A DNA stretch of 64,000 bases, from contig NC_042999.1 in the NCBI RefSeq assembly GCF_006345805.1, positions 92,442,001 to 92,506,000 on the forward strand, read 5' to 3'. Below are positions 26,502 to 42,269 of this stretch, piece by piece. The translations under genes and the position numbers were made by a program. The first letter of the stretch is position 1; every line of letters begins with the position of its first letter. The notes below the pieces were generated by a model. The model made no database searches, was not told the DNA's origin, and saw only the letters and a program-made list of their open reading frames with translations. Source of the stretch: Octopus sinensis. Its lineage: Eukaryota.

Positions 26502-27129
26502 TTATATGTAAATATACACACACATATATACATATATATTCGCTGTACATTACATTCATATGTACATCCCATCACCACCGTCCACTACCACCATCACCAC
26601 CGACCATCACCACCAGCATCACCACTACTCCGCATATATATTCAATTTTACAGAGTTGAATTCTTCCAAGCGGAGCAAAAGAAAAGATAAAAAGCTAAAG
26701 AAAGGAAATGGAAACAAAAAGGAAAGATAAATAATAAAGGAATAAACGGATGAAAGAAACTTCCTGACCATATTTCCGCCAACTCTCTCTCTCTCTCTTT
26801 CTCTTATCAAAGGAACAAACTCCTCAAAGACATATATGTAAAAAAATAAAATAAAATAAAATAAAATAAATATATAAATAAATAAAACAAAACGATAGCA
26901 ATATAAAGCAACTACGTAACAAAATAAAACAAACAAAAATATTACGGATACCAATTCTATATTGATCCCAATGTTTAGTTCTGATTTGCTTCGCTTTCAT
27001 GTCTTTCTTGGTTTTAATTTATCCGAAATTCTTTTGAGTGCTTACTAATATTGCGGCTCTTCCATTTTATTTCGTAGTTTTCTTTGTTCTTTTTCTTTTT
27101 GTTTTCAATCTTAAAGGTTTTTATTGTGG

Positions 27130-27860
27130 CGTTGTTTGACGATGTTGATGATGTCGGTTATGATGATTATCACGACGACGATTATGATGATGGTAAAGAT
27201 GTTGATGATGATGATGATGATAATGTTTATGAGATTGATGGTGGGTGACGGTGGTGATGATCATAATTATAATCTTAATGATTATAATGGTGATGCTGAT
27301 GCTGATGCAAACGGTGATGGCAATAATGATGATGATGATGTTGATGATGATAATGACGTCGACGATGACAACAATGGTGATAGTGATGATGATGACGATG
27401 TTGATGACGATAGTGATGGAGATGATGATGAAGAAGAAGAAGAAGAAGAAAAGAAGAAGAAGAAGAAGAAGAAGAAGAAGAAGAAGAAGAAGAAGAAGAA
27501 GAAGAAGAAGAAGAAGAAGAAGATTGTGATAGTGAAGATGATAACGATAACGACAACAGTAATGATGTTGATGAGAATGATGGTGTTGATGATGGTGATG
27601 AATATGATGACAATAATATCTTCATGATTTTAACGGCGGTATTGATGGTGATGCAGATGATTGTGGTGAAGATGATGATGATGATGATGAACAGGAGGAG
27701 GAGGAGGAGGAAGAGGCCAGTGAAGAAGAGGAGGAGGTGGATAAGGAGGGAGAGGAGGATAATGGTGGTGATGATGAAGAAAAGCAGAAGAGAAAGAGGA
27801 AAATAAAGGAACAGAAGTGGAGGAAGATGGAAAAGAAAGAGATGATGATGGAGTTGGCCT
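27130..27860. repeat. Compound trinucleotide low-complexity block (GAT)n/(GAA)n/(GAG)n
   Basis: Near-pure (GAA)n at 27430-27523; produces poly-D/E/K/M pseudo-ORFs. Confidence 0.95.
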
Positions 27861-28135
27861 CTTTAACCGAACCACTAAGTTTTGGGGACGTAAGCAAACA
27901 ATACCGGTTTCCAAGTGTGTAAGGGTGAAACACTGATATAAACACACACGTGCGCGCGCACGCACACACACATACACACGACGGGCTTCCACACCGTTTC
28001 TGTCTATCAAATTCGCTCGCAAGACATTGGTCGGCCCGAAGTAACAGCAGCAGACACTCGTCCATGTTGCCAAGCAGTGAGACCTGAACTCGGATCCATG
28101 TGGTTAAAAACGAGCTCCTTAACCATTCGGGCATG
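27860..28135 (-). mobile_element. SINE family A with 3' module
   Basis: Reverse complement has ggttcaggtc...cttggcaacatg...atttgatagacagaaac...gaagcccgtcg. Confidence 0.75.
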
Positions 28136-28254
28136 CCAGATGATGATGATGATGATGGTGGTGTGGTGACGATGATGACGACATAAATGTTATGGGATGA
28201 AGAAGGCCTGGTACCTCAAAGTTGGATAGGTAAAATATGAGTATGTTTGGTATG

Positions 28255-29665
28255 CAGAAAATATGGAGAAACTGGCCAATGAAAGTATGAAACATTGGAA
28301 TACTGAATTGATTGGAGGAAGAGAAAGGCTTGGGAAAGTAAACATCAGACCTGGTGTACTTCAAGGTCATAGCTTATCTCCATTAGTATTTGTATTGTCT
28401 ATGATACCGCTTAGTTTAATATTACGAGAAGCCAAAATAGCTCATGCTTTGAGAAAAAGTATATAGACAGAAAAATCATCTCCTTTTAAGGATGATATAA
28501 AGCTTTACGCAAAAAAATGCAAAGCAGCATACAAATCTTGTACATACTGTTCGATTTTTGTCAAATAATGTATGTATGGACTTCGGGATTGAAAAGTGCG
28601 CGATATTGAAAATGAAACGAAGATTTGAAGCCAAGGAATTGAAATTTCAAATGGGCAAACAATGAAAGTGGTTGGGAAAGGATAGTGATATAAGTATTTG
28701 AGGCAGATGAAATAAAATATGAAGAGATAAAACAACTTACCAGTAGGAAGTATACAGGAGAGTGAGAGAAATATTGCAGTCAAGGTTGAATTCAAATAAT
28801 GTTATCTAAGCGATAAATTCAAGAGCAGTGCCGCTTATCAGGTATTTAGCTGGAATAGTGAATATTTAGCTGGAATAATGACTTACAGAAACTTGACAGA
28901 AAAACTAGAAAACTGTGTAAGGAACCTACCGTCCGAAAGTTGATATTAACTGCTCGTACTTGAATACAGACAGGGTGGAAGAGATTTAATTGCTGTGGAA
29001 AAGTGTGTACGGATAACTAGATTATTTACAGAACAGGGCAGAGAAAATACTAAAGATAGTTAATAAAAAATAGATAACCAAGTGTGGAATAGATGATAAG
29101 GACAAGAAGGAAATTCAAAGAGAACATGTTAGTAGATTGATGAGAAACTTTTGCATGGTCAATTTTGGAAGGAAACTAATGATGTATGTGGAACAAAATC
29201 CTGGGTTTGGCTGAAAAAAGAGTAATTGAGAAAAGAAACAACAGAGTTTTATTATAGTACCTTGAGATCAAACGCTACAAACAGCTGGGAGAAAATGTGG
29301 GTGAGGGGAAAGTATTAGCAAAATGTAGAATATGTGGAATTTGGAATGAAACAATGGCACACGTTGTTGCTGAATGCTCCAAGTTGGCTCAAGGAGAATT
29401 TAAAAAATGGAGGTATGATGAAGTTGTAAAAGTATTGTACTGAAAGTTTTATCAGAAATGGGTGGTTTGAAGCTGGAAGTACTTAGTATAGTCATCGAGC
29501 TGAAAGAGAGCGCTTGAATCGGAAAAATGCAAGATTTTATGAGATTTTCCAATTCAAATGGATAAGAAGATAAAAAATAATAAGCCAGATATAATAACAA
29601 TAGGCAAGAAAAAGCGAATTTGCTTACTATTTGATTTATCATATCCGTTTGATACTAGGATTGTA
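28255..29665 (+). mobile_element. Decayed R4/Dong-like LINE (RT, CCHC, RLE)
   Basis: GVLQGHSLSPLVFVLSMIPLSLIL (RT QGDxLSP), KDDIKLY (FxDD region), CRICG..NETMAHVVAEC, KPDIIT-like; many stops and frameshifts. Confidence 0.8.
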
Positions 29666-30264
29666 AAGAAAGAGACGACTATATCAACAATAATCGTGTA
29701 CTATATATGATTCCTATACTCAAAATACAATGTTTAAAATGCACACACGAACATAAGGAACATATGAGAAGTTTGGACATACAAAGCTAAACAAAAATTT
29801 TCAATGTAAGACAAATGAAACAACATTGAAATAAAATTCATTCGGTTTTAATACATTCAGTTATATCTCTGAATAAATCTATCAGCAGAGATAAAATCAG
29901 CAAAGTCGCAGCATAAATGTTTTGTTATTTAGAAATCTCATCTCGAAAGTTTAACTCCCAATAAAAAGGCTAGTGTTTTATTCCTAGGGTCCAAAACATC
30001 ATGTATAGAAACTCGAAGAAATATAGGAGACTATCGATGCATAAACCTTTGAAAATGCATGGTAATTTGTAATAAACAATACCAAGTTTCGAAAATTAAT
30101 GTAGTGCAACACGTAGAAAAAATATATGTTAAAAGAAAAAAAGGGTTGACGAAGGCCTTGTGAGCAGATTTGGTAGCTTGACAACCGATGTTGGTGTGTT
30201 TACGTCCCCGTAAGCTAACGATTCTGCGAAAGAGACTGATAAAATAAGTACTAGGCTTACAAAG

Positions 30265-30546
30265 AATAAGCTCTTTCCACTCACGAATAGACAAGAAGGA
30301 AAGCGAAAAGACATACAAATACAATCCTCTTACATATGAAATAGCCCGGCTACGGAAAATGAAGAAGGTGAAGGTAGTGTCAATTATTGTTGGGTCTTTG
30401 GGAACAGTATCAGAAGGCATCAAGAGGAATATAAAAGAAATTGGAATGTGTGTTTATTTTAATGGCCTACCAATGTATAAAGTGTGTTTCTCTGACCTAG
30501 GTGTCAGACACTCGACAAGAAATGAAAACATTATTGAAGGAAAATG
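30265..30546 (+). mobile_element. RLE LINE 3' fragment, duplicate copy 1
   Basis: RIDKKESEKTYKYNPLTYEIARLRKMKKVKVVSIIVGSLGTVS is a typical RLE C-terminus; near-identical to 31919-32200. Confidence 0.8.
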
Positions 30547-30573
30547 ATGATGATGATGATGATGATGATAATG

Positions 30574-30640
<67 letters not shown>
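30544..30640. repeat. (GAT)n(AAT)n microsatellite
   Basis: Directly visible. Confidence 0.95.
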
Positions 30641-31918
30641 AATTGTTGTATACTGTGTTCAGGTTCACTACAACTAAAAAAATGAGGAAGACCTAATAGA
30701 AAAAAGTGAAAGAAATTGATGTAGAGTACAAGAAGAAAATGTAATAGGACCCTACAAATATTTCTGCTCATGATAAGAAGCTTCCGAATTATCAACACAC
30801 CAAAGGATCTCAACTATATAACAGTTTTGACACTATTGAAGAACTCGGGATTTTCCACTGTCTTTTAAACTCACATCAAGGCTTGTTGAATATGACCAAT
30901 AAAAAGTAATTAATCTATTATATTAACAACCATGGAATTCTCACAGGAAAAGTCTGAAATTAAAGTAGAGCTATAAGGGAAAATATTGATGTCACATTTT
31001 CCAACCGTTGTGAACAATTTCACATAGTTCATATATCTAGGAACTGCTAATATATCCGTGAATATATAAGGAAATATCTCTGCGGTAAACAAATTCAGCT
31101 TGAATGGTGTAACACATTCAACATTTGCGATAAATGAAGTAAACATCGCTATTAGATATAATGAGAAAGATGTCTAGAATTACGATATAGTAGACAACTG
31201 CCACTTATAATGAACATTCATGTCATGAAACAGTATGTCGTATTTTATCAGGATGTCTCATAATGAATCCTTTGATACAATAACAAATCTAACCTCTATT
31301 CATTTCCTAGCTACAGAATTTCAACTGGTTCCAGGAAAAAGCTCCCTGATATTCATATGAATCTTCATTTGTCTTAGGAAATGATTATATCAAAATACCA
31401 GGAAACTTAAGCTTACAGACAGACCGCAAGATATCACATAAAACACGTTTGATGTTATTATGTATGACAAGTCCGATAGTGTATTAATTTATCGATTTAG
31501 CTCAACTAGGAAACTATAATGTGCAGAAGCACATTGAAAAGAAAAGTTGAAATCATATCATACTGCAGTTACCGAATATGACCCTATATATAATGGTGAA
31601 AAAGGACAGACAAACAACTATTTCGGATTACCTATAAGGATAGCCATAGACACTTTCCAGAAAATAGCGATATTTGTTAGTTTAGATATTGCTTGTACGT
31701 TGTCACACAGCATTAAAAAATTTTTTTGAATAACTTTCCCTTGAAAGCGTTTGTTAATTTTAAACATTTTCTTTGAATCTGAAACAAGTAAGCGTGTGTG
31801 ATAAGAAGTCTGCATCCCAACCGTGACACTGCGGGGCACCTTCAAGTGTCTTCTGCTATAGACCCGAGCCGACTAAAGTTTTGTGAGTAGATTTGGTAGA
31901 GAGAAATTGAGAGAAAAC

Positions 31919-32200
31919 AATAAGCTCTTTCCACTCACGAATAGACAAGAAGGAAAGCGAAAAGACACACAAATACAATCCTCTTACATATGAAATAGCC
32001 CGGCTACGGAAAATGAAGAAGGTGAAAGTAGTGTCAATTATTGTTGGGTCCTTGGGAACAGTATCAGAAGGCATCAAGAGGAATATAAAAGAAATTGGAA
32101 TGTGTGTTTATTTTAATGGCCTACCAATGTATAAAGTGTGTTTCTCTGACCTAGGTGTCAGACACTCGGCAAGAAATGGAAACATTATTGAAAGAAAATG
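31919..32200 (+). mobile_element. RLE LINE 3' fragment, duplicate copy 2
   Basis: Offset 1654 bp from copy 1; about 6 substitutions counted in 282 bp. Confidence 0.8.
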
Positions 32201-33181
32201 GTGTCCTGTACTCATATATGCGTGTATATGTACATGTAGAGGTAGGTACGTACATATATGTTTATATATATGCATATGTTTTATTTTATTTATTAATATA
32301 TATATATATATAATATTAATACTATAAAATTGGATTCAATCCTAAATCTGATTTTCCCTGTAAATTTGGATTTATTCCCCAATATTTATTATTATTATAT
32401 ATATATATATATATATAATATATATATATATCTGTCTATATATATATATGTACTTGTGTGTGTATGTATATGTATGTGTGTATGTGTGTGTGTGAGTGTA
32501 TGTGTATGTATTTATGTATGTATGTGTCTGTTTCCAAACTCCTTGACAACCGATGCTAGTTTGTTTATGTTTTCATAACTTAGCGATTCGGCAAAAGAAT
32601 CTGACTAAATAAGTACCAGGTATAAAAAAATGTTCTGGGGTCTACTTGTTCAACTAAAGTCTTCAATGTATTGCCATGGTATGACCGCAGTCCAATGACT
32701 GAAACAAGTAAAATATAAATGTTGAAAGATGTTTGCGTAAGTTTTCCAAGATGTATCTAATTCTTGATTTAAGAACAAACAACATTTCTTAAAGTATTTC
32801 TGAAACCACAAGAAATAAAAATATTAAGAATGGAAAAAAATAACATGTGCAAAAAGATTAAAAACTACATCATGATTTAAAACTCAAAACTATCCCGAAA
32901 TAGCTCTCATAAGCACTGACCACGTTCTACGCGGAGTATATTTATTCGTTCAAAGTTAATGATCCAGTATGTCGATATTCAGATTTTCTTTCTTCGACCA
33001 TTCCTTCAGGCGACAAAAAGATGAATCTCACATAGAGAGAAATTCTGATTAGAGACGGCGTGAATTTTCGGTTTCGAACAAAAATACACACGCATACACA
33101 CACTTATGCGCACACACGCACATATACCCATACATAAATATATGTATATACATTCATTTATACGTATACATACATATGCAT

Positions 33182-33219
<38 letters not shown>

Positions 33220-33287
33220 GCATATATATATATATAATACACACATACATACATACATATATGCATACATACATACATGCATACATA

Positions 33288-33324
<37 letters not shown>

Positions 33325-33629
33325 GCACACAATACAAATAAAATTTTGTGGAGGGGTGCGCGTGTGAGCGTGTGTATGCGTGTATTATGTAGCAGGTAAA
33401 CAAGATTACAGATCTAGACCTACATGTTTCTTGGAATTATTACAACAGCTTGATCACCAATACGAAGTCTGGCACAAGTACTACTACCACCATTATCATT
33501 TCTACTAGCAATATTATCACTACAAGTGTAGTCTCCATGCAACCAATTACAGGGTGTAACACAAACACCTTAGGTTCACCATATTTGTTAAACATTTTCT
33601 AATGCAAACACACCGTGTGTAGCAGTTGA

Positions 33630-34100
33630 AACTAAAAAATAATCTTTCTGCTATTGGCGCCAGGCCTGACATTTTTATATCAAACCCAGTGTTCAAGTGC
33701 TAATTATTTTATCGACATTGAAATAATGAGAGCAAAGTCGAGTTCAGCGAATTTCAACTCAGAATGTAAACTTTGAACTCAGAGACGAAATGTCGCTAAG
33801 CTTTTTGTCCGGCATTCTAACGATTCCCCCAACTTGTCAAACCATAACCGCTCTTTCTACTATAGACACATGATCTGTGATTTTACTGAATGGGGCTAGC
33901 GGATTAGGTCGACCTCAGTAATCAACTGGTACATATTTCATCGACCCTGAAAAGATGAAAGGAAAAATCGACTCGGTGGAATTTAAATTCAGGACATAAA
34001 GACAGACGTCGTCAAGCCATAAAACTGATTCAAATTTCTACACAAGGCTAGCAGTTTCGAGGTAGGGAATGTGTTCAACTGGTACTTGTTTTATCGAATT
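33630..34100 (-). mobile_element. Three tandem decayed SINE family C copies
   Basis: Repeated modules tctttct(g/a)ctat...ac(a/g)..., ttatcgac...aaagtcga, aatttcaactcagaa/aatttaaattcagga. Confidence 0.7.
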
Positions 34101-34455
34101 CGTGTAAAATAGTCACAGGTAAAAAATCACAGGGAAAAAGCCACATGTAATGCCATCATATATAGATAGTGTTGTCTGTATGTCCAAGTCATGTATTGCC
34201 AGTTAATAACTGATTTAAGATATTTTCTGCTTTATTACTTTAATTGTTTATGGTACTTTAATAAATTGTGACTGAATTGTTTGATTACCTGACTTTCTTA
34301 GACAAAATTGTGACTTTTTTCTGTGACTTTTTTCCTGTGATTTTATTCCCGGCCACCATAAATTAATTGTGACTTTTTCCCCACTGACTTCTTTTCTTAG
34401 CCAAAATTGTGACTTTTTTCTGTGGCTTTTTTTCCCCTGTAACTTTATTACCGTT
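34100..34455. mobile_element. MITE-like element with gtcacag(g)aaaaa subterminal repeats and a duplicated right end
   Basis: Left gtcacaggtaaaaaatcacagggaaaaagccaca is inverted to right tgtgacttttttctgtgacttttttcctgtga, which occurs twice (~34305-34350, ~34408-34452). Confidence 0.7.
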
Positions 34456-34609
34456 TGCTCAATTGAAAGGCATGGCCTCTAGTGCCAAATTCCTCATCTT
34501 TTAAAATGTGGCCCGCGCAGACCCGTATGAAATCGGGTTATAATACCGAAACAAGTAAAACAATAATAAATTATTTTAATCCCGAGCAACGCACGGTATA
34601 TCTGTCTTA

Positions 34610-35120
34610 TCTAGAAAATGATGAAGGCGAACGTTGATACAAATTGGATTTTTATGTGAAAAGGGATCTAAATGGGGCTGGAAGGGGATTAAAATTTACA
34701 GGAGGGGGTAACTTGAGGTGAGAAATTGATTGGGAGACGTTTTGGGGCGCTACAGTGGTTGTTTTGCTGTGAAAACGGGGATTTTATTGATTTTTGAGCA
34801 CACTTGGGGTGTGTAGATTGGACACCTTTTCCTCGATTTCAATCAAATTCTCAACTTGGTAAAGTGGAATCGGATTTGTAGTTAAAGCGCGGGAATCTAA
34901 GTTTTTATAAATGGGGGAGAAATAGTTAGAGAAAGATAGAGAGTAAGAAAAAGCGAGGGAGAGTCTGAGATAAAGGAAGAGTAAGAGAGTGGGAAAGTGA
35001 GAGAGAAAGGAGAGAGAAACAAAGAGGGAGAATGTGGCGATAAGAAACAGAAAGGAAGCAACAGAAAGTAACAACCACACCCTCACCCACGCGAAGAGCA
35101 GGTCACCTTAAGCTAGTCTA
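34610..35120 (-). mobile_element. Non-autonomous rolling-circle (Helentron/DINE-like) element; partial second copy at 35565-35842
   Basis: Minus start actagcttaaggtgacctgctcttcgcgtggg; internal ccgatttcaatcaaattt motif; ~280 bp direct repeat with 35565-35842. Class assigned from end motifs only. Confidence 0.45.
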
Positions 35121-35839
35121 TATATATAAAAGAAGCTTTGGATCAAAATTGTCTGCACATTTTACTACATCAGAGGTTGGCGGCGAGACCAGTGGTCGGA
35201 TCGACCTGAAAATTGACACAGGCATAGAAGGCATAATGAGGCAGAGAATTGAGTAGGTTAATCTCGCTATCTGCAAAGATGCGGTTACTATGGAGAGAAG
35301 AGTGATTTTTTATCGATTCAAGGGGGCTCTAAGCCCATCCAGATTGGCATCTAACGCCCAACGACATGCACTTTGGGCTGTTGTGCTTTATAATCATGCA
35401 TTTTGTCGCAAATTCAGTCTACTAAGCAAAGATTTTTCATTGTGAAAAAACGAGTGCTTTTTGCTCTCATTTTCTTTCAAATTTTTTTCTGATCACATTG
35501 TAAGCCTTGTCAGAAAAAATAATTACGTCTGCATGTAGCCCTTGAGAAGGGCTATAATCTAATCTCTAAAATGAAGAAGGCGAACGTTGATACAAATTGG
35601 ATTTTTATGCAAAAAGTGGTCTAAATGGGACTGGAAGGGGATTAAAAGTTACAGGAGGGGGTAACTTGAGGTGAGAAATTGATTGGGAGAAGTTTTGGGG
35701 AGCTACAGTGATTGCTTTGCTGTGAAAACGGGGATTTTATTGATTTTTGGGGACACTTGGGGGTCTAGCTTGGACACCTTTTGCCCGATTTCAATCAAAT
35801 TTTCAACATGGTAAAGTGGAATCGGATTTGTAATTTAAG

Positions 35840-36430
35840 CGCATGTTTCAAATCAGGTTTGCTTGCAAATGATCAGCAATGGCGAGCAACACTAGTAGTT
35901 TCAATATAAAAAGCAACAATTAGTTGAACTGTGTAATAAGTTCTGAAATGATCTTGCTGAAGATTTCAAGCATCAAGTTCAGTTGAGTAATCCTGAGCAA
36001 ATTATTGGTTTCACTGATGTTATATACAATGCAGCTTTGATTGAAATAGAAGATCACATTATTTCGATGGGAGATGAACCTACAGAACATTTATAGAGGG
36101 GCCTTAACAGTCTGTTCACTGAAATAATGAGGGACATTTCCTATGATATGGAGGAACTGAACATGTACATAAATGATAATCATCCTAAGTTTCTTCGTGA
36201 TGAACGTCATGAATGTACCACTGTCATAAAGTATTAACAATAACATCGGAGGACTTTATTTTTTTGATACTCCAAGTGGTACAGCGCAAAATTTGTAAAT
36301 AAACTCCTCTTAGCTAAAGTTCGTCAAGAAAATAAAATAGCTTTAGCTCCTGCTACTTCTGGGATTTCAGCAACATTACTATCCAGAGGTCGAACTGCCC
36401 ATTCAACATTCAAGTTACCTTTAGATTTAT
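35840..36430 (+). mobile_element. Helitron RepHel fragment (PIF1-like helicase N-part)
   Basis: DLAEDFKHQVQL...IYNAALIEIEDHI; GGLYFFDTPSGT (Walker A region); LLLAKVRQENKIALAPATSGISATLLSRGRTAHSTFKLPLDL. Confidence 0.9.
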
Positions 36431-36522
36431 CTAACAAAAACTATCGGTTTGTAATACATCCAAAAATTCTGGAATTCTGAAGTGACTAATACAAAAACGT
36501 CACTTAATTGTAGTTGTACAAC

Positions 36523-36556
<34 letters not shown>

Positions 36557-36592
36557 AGCAGCAGCAGCAGCAGCAACAACAACAACAACAAC

Positions 36593-36622
<30 letters not shown>
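36523..36622. repeat. (CAG)n(CAA)n microsatellite
   Basis: Directly visible. Confidence 0.95.
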
Positions 36623-36623
<1 letters not shown>

Positions 36624-37139
36624 AACGACGACGGCGACAATAACAATATAACGATGTTTGAAAAGTAATCAACGCGTTATATGTATGTTAGCATATGATA
36701 TTCGTTCGATGGGTTTGAATTGGTCTCAGCTTTCCTCAACGGAAATATATAAATATTTCTAACAATTGGAAACTTTGTTGTACTAGTACTAGGTTGCTTA
36801 TTCTAGCGCACAGTGGAACCTCCTAGAACAAACAATGCAAATAGAAATTGAGAACTTTTAGGAAGTTTGTTTGATAATAACAAAGTTTAAAATGATATCA
36901 GAGGAAATTAGGCCAAGTCGACAGTAAATCATATAATTCATTGGCATTTTTAGTCATTTTTTATGGAACTATCCGGGATATATATTGTAGTTTGCGGTTG
37001 GCATTCACACGTCTTGGATTAGTAATAAAATATCACATAAAAACTATCCGTATTGATCTTTGGCAGTAATATAATATGGAGCTATAAAAAAATAGAAGGG
37101 TCGATACAAGTGGGCAACAGTAATATTACCTTGTGTATG

Positions 37140-37269
<130 letters not shown>

Positions 37270-37552
37270 CTACTAGTTCTGTAATTATTGTTCACAATTA
37301 TTTTAGTGTCTTTCAGTCAGATGCATTTGTGTGGCCATGCGGGAGCACACTATCTTCAACAGTATAGTCGGTTATATCTACACCATTACTTAAGCAGTAT
37401 TAGTTTCATTGACAACTGAGTTGTAATAAAACACATCTAGACAGGACTGAGATTAGAAATCATATCGCACACACACGCGCGCATAATCTCTATGTATATG
37501 TCTATGTGCCCTATATATGTATAAATGTATGTGTGTATATATTTATTATTTG

Positions 37553-37589
<37 letters not shown>

Positions 37590-37637
37590 GTTATTATTAT
37601 TATTATTATTATTATATTATTATTATTATTATATTAT

Positions 37638-38205
37638 TATTATTACCTCTGCCTTAGCGAAGTCGGAGGTATTGTCTCCAGTCGTATTTGTTTGTTTGTT
37701 TGTTTGACTTTGGACAAGATATCTCAAGAACTTCAAGATTGATTCGGATGAAACTTTCAGGGATGTTTGATCACGTGACTGGCACGAACTGATTAGATTT
37801 TGGTATCGATCCGGTACCGGACAAGGATTCTTGATTATATTTTATATTTACTTTATTTTACATGAAGTATGACGATCTTACGTTCTTTCAAGTCTTTTTT
37901 TGATTATCTCCCTTGAAAGCAAGCTCATGGTTTCCACGTAAGCTATGGTGGCGTTGCTATTTCCAAAGTTTTGTTTTCGTCTCTCTATTATTAATTTTGC
38001 TAGCGTCTCTCAAACTACATAAACACACGGCAGCAAAACCGGTCAGAAATTAAATAACATTAACATATTCAGTAATAATAATAAATTTAATTTATTCTGG
38101 ACAATTTTTAGTTTTACCAATTTTAAATATATCGCTCCTGTTTAAAACATCTTACCTACTTGACAATTGCATTTCTAGCGCTGCCTTGAAGGAAGCTTTA
38201 CTTCC
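37638..38205 (+). mobile_element. HINE-like (Helentron-associated) non-autonomous element
   Basis: 5' ttattacctctgcc...ggaggt hairpin, (gttt)n tract, ttcggatgaaactttcagg motif; candidate 3' gcgctgccttgaaggaag. Confidence 0.5.
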
Positions 38206-38365
38206 TGGACTCACGCTTTTGTGCTCAACGATGTTGTTAAACCTCAGTTAACAGCACCGTACGCAGTTCATTTCTGCTTTCTTTCACGAACGAATAAAGT
38301 TTTCACTATAGACCTCAATGGTCGTAATGACACTATATCAGTGACTAAAAAAGGCCTTCATAGAG
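38200..38365 (+). mobile_element. Gypsy integrase C-terminal fragment
   Basis: FVLNDVVKPQLTAPYAVHF...LSRTNKVFTIDLNGRNDTISV resembles RHDAVKPPLxxPYxGPFxVLxRxDKxFTIDxNGRxDTVS. Confidence 0.65.
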
Positions 38366-39099
38366 AAAACTGTCCCTTTTCTCCTGTATTCCCCCCGTCT
38401 CTCTTTCTTACTTTTTCTCTCTGTCTTTCTCACCTTTCCTTCCTCATTTGTCTCCCTTATTTCTTCCTACTATGTCCCTCTCTCTCTCCGTTACTCTATC
38501 GCTCCGTTTCCATGTTTTCTCTCTCGTATTCCTATATCCCTTACCCCCCTTATTCTTCAATACCTTTACTTACCTTCCTCACTTCCCTTGTACATTTTTC
38601 TTTCTCTTCTTCTCCCTCTCATTCTTTAGTTCATCTGATTTCTTTCACTGCTCTCCTATTCCTTAGTTCCTCTGCCTTCTTCAGTTGCTTCCCCCTCCTA
38701 CCACGTGATAGCTGTCCGGTTAAGGCATTGTTGTCATTTTTCGACCAGCCACCCTTTACGCTGGTCGCGCCCGTCTGTTAAGATTTTCCATTTTCCGATT
38801 TTTCCTTTGCGCCAGCCTACTACTGATAGTTGAAAGATCCTTTTTGTTATTTATTATTGTTGTAATTGAACAATTATTTTCCTTCTGCTGTATAGCCGAA
38901 AAGCGTTTGTCCCTTGTATATGTATAATTCTTTTTCTGTTGCATTTGCATTATTATTTCACAACGTTTGGTTCGTCCGATAGTAGAAAAACCCTTTCTAT
39001 TATTTACTTGTTTGTATTCGTATATTCTTTTACTTGCTAAAGTCATTTAACTCTGGCAAGAATTGCAGGAATTTTTTTCCTTCTATTGTATAGGCGAAA

Positions 39100-39500
39100 G
39101 ACGTTCTGTCGTATGCGTACAATTCTAGCTTTCTCGTTTTTGTTTCTGTTCCTATTTTCCTATTTGTATACATTCGTTTGCCTTTCCAAAAAGCTTAATG
39201 CTTGTTCCTGGCACGCGCCAGATTCGAGTAGTATCGGATTTAAAGGGGCGAATCTACAAGTTTCGATTTTGTTTCCCCAGTATAATGTTCGTTGCATCAT
39301 GGGCATGTGATACAATATATCAAGTTTTTGCTCTTACAGTTAATATTTGCATTCACCTTTAATTTTTTTCTATTCTTGAATTTTTTGGCTGGTCCCTGTT
39401 CAATTAAATCACATGTCCCACATCGGGGGTTTCCACATTTTGTAACTTTCATCATTTCTTCCTCTGATCCAAATCTTATCAAGGAATGTATATATGTATT
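39100..39500 (-). mobile_element. Penelope-like element linker / GIY-YIG fragment
   Basis: KCGNPRCGTCDLIEQG...KVNANINCKSKNLIYCITCP: Cys-rich linker followed by the GIY half motif. Confidence 0.8.
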
Positions 39501-39686
39501 TTAATACTTTTCTGACAAACAGTACTTAACGCAACAAAGCTTATACAAAGCTTTACGTTTTATTTTTGACAATATTTTTCTAAAAAGATGAAACCGGTCA
39601 AGTGAAGAAATATTTTTAAAATTGCATTTTCAAACTTTCTTTCATATATATTTCCACTCATGCGATACCTTACAACTTCACTTTGT

Positions 39687-41937
<2,251 letters not shown>

Positions 41938-41947
41938 ATATATTTAT

Positions 41948-42051
<104 letters not shown>

Positions 42052-42269
42052 AGGGACCTACATATATCATCATTAAGTTCCTATTTACATACATGTTTAG
42101 AATGGCGAAAAATTAAATTCTACTTATAATTTTAGTTATAATTATAAGAGTTATTAATTTAATTTACTTTGAAATACTTAAAGATATCTATTATGAAGTA
42201 TTGATATGACAGCCTGTTAATTATAACAATAATAAAAAATCATTTATATCTTGTAAATATATATTTATT

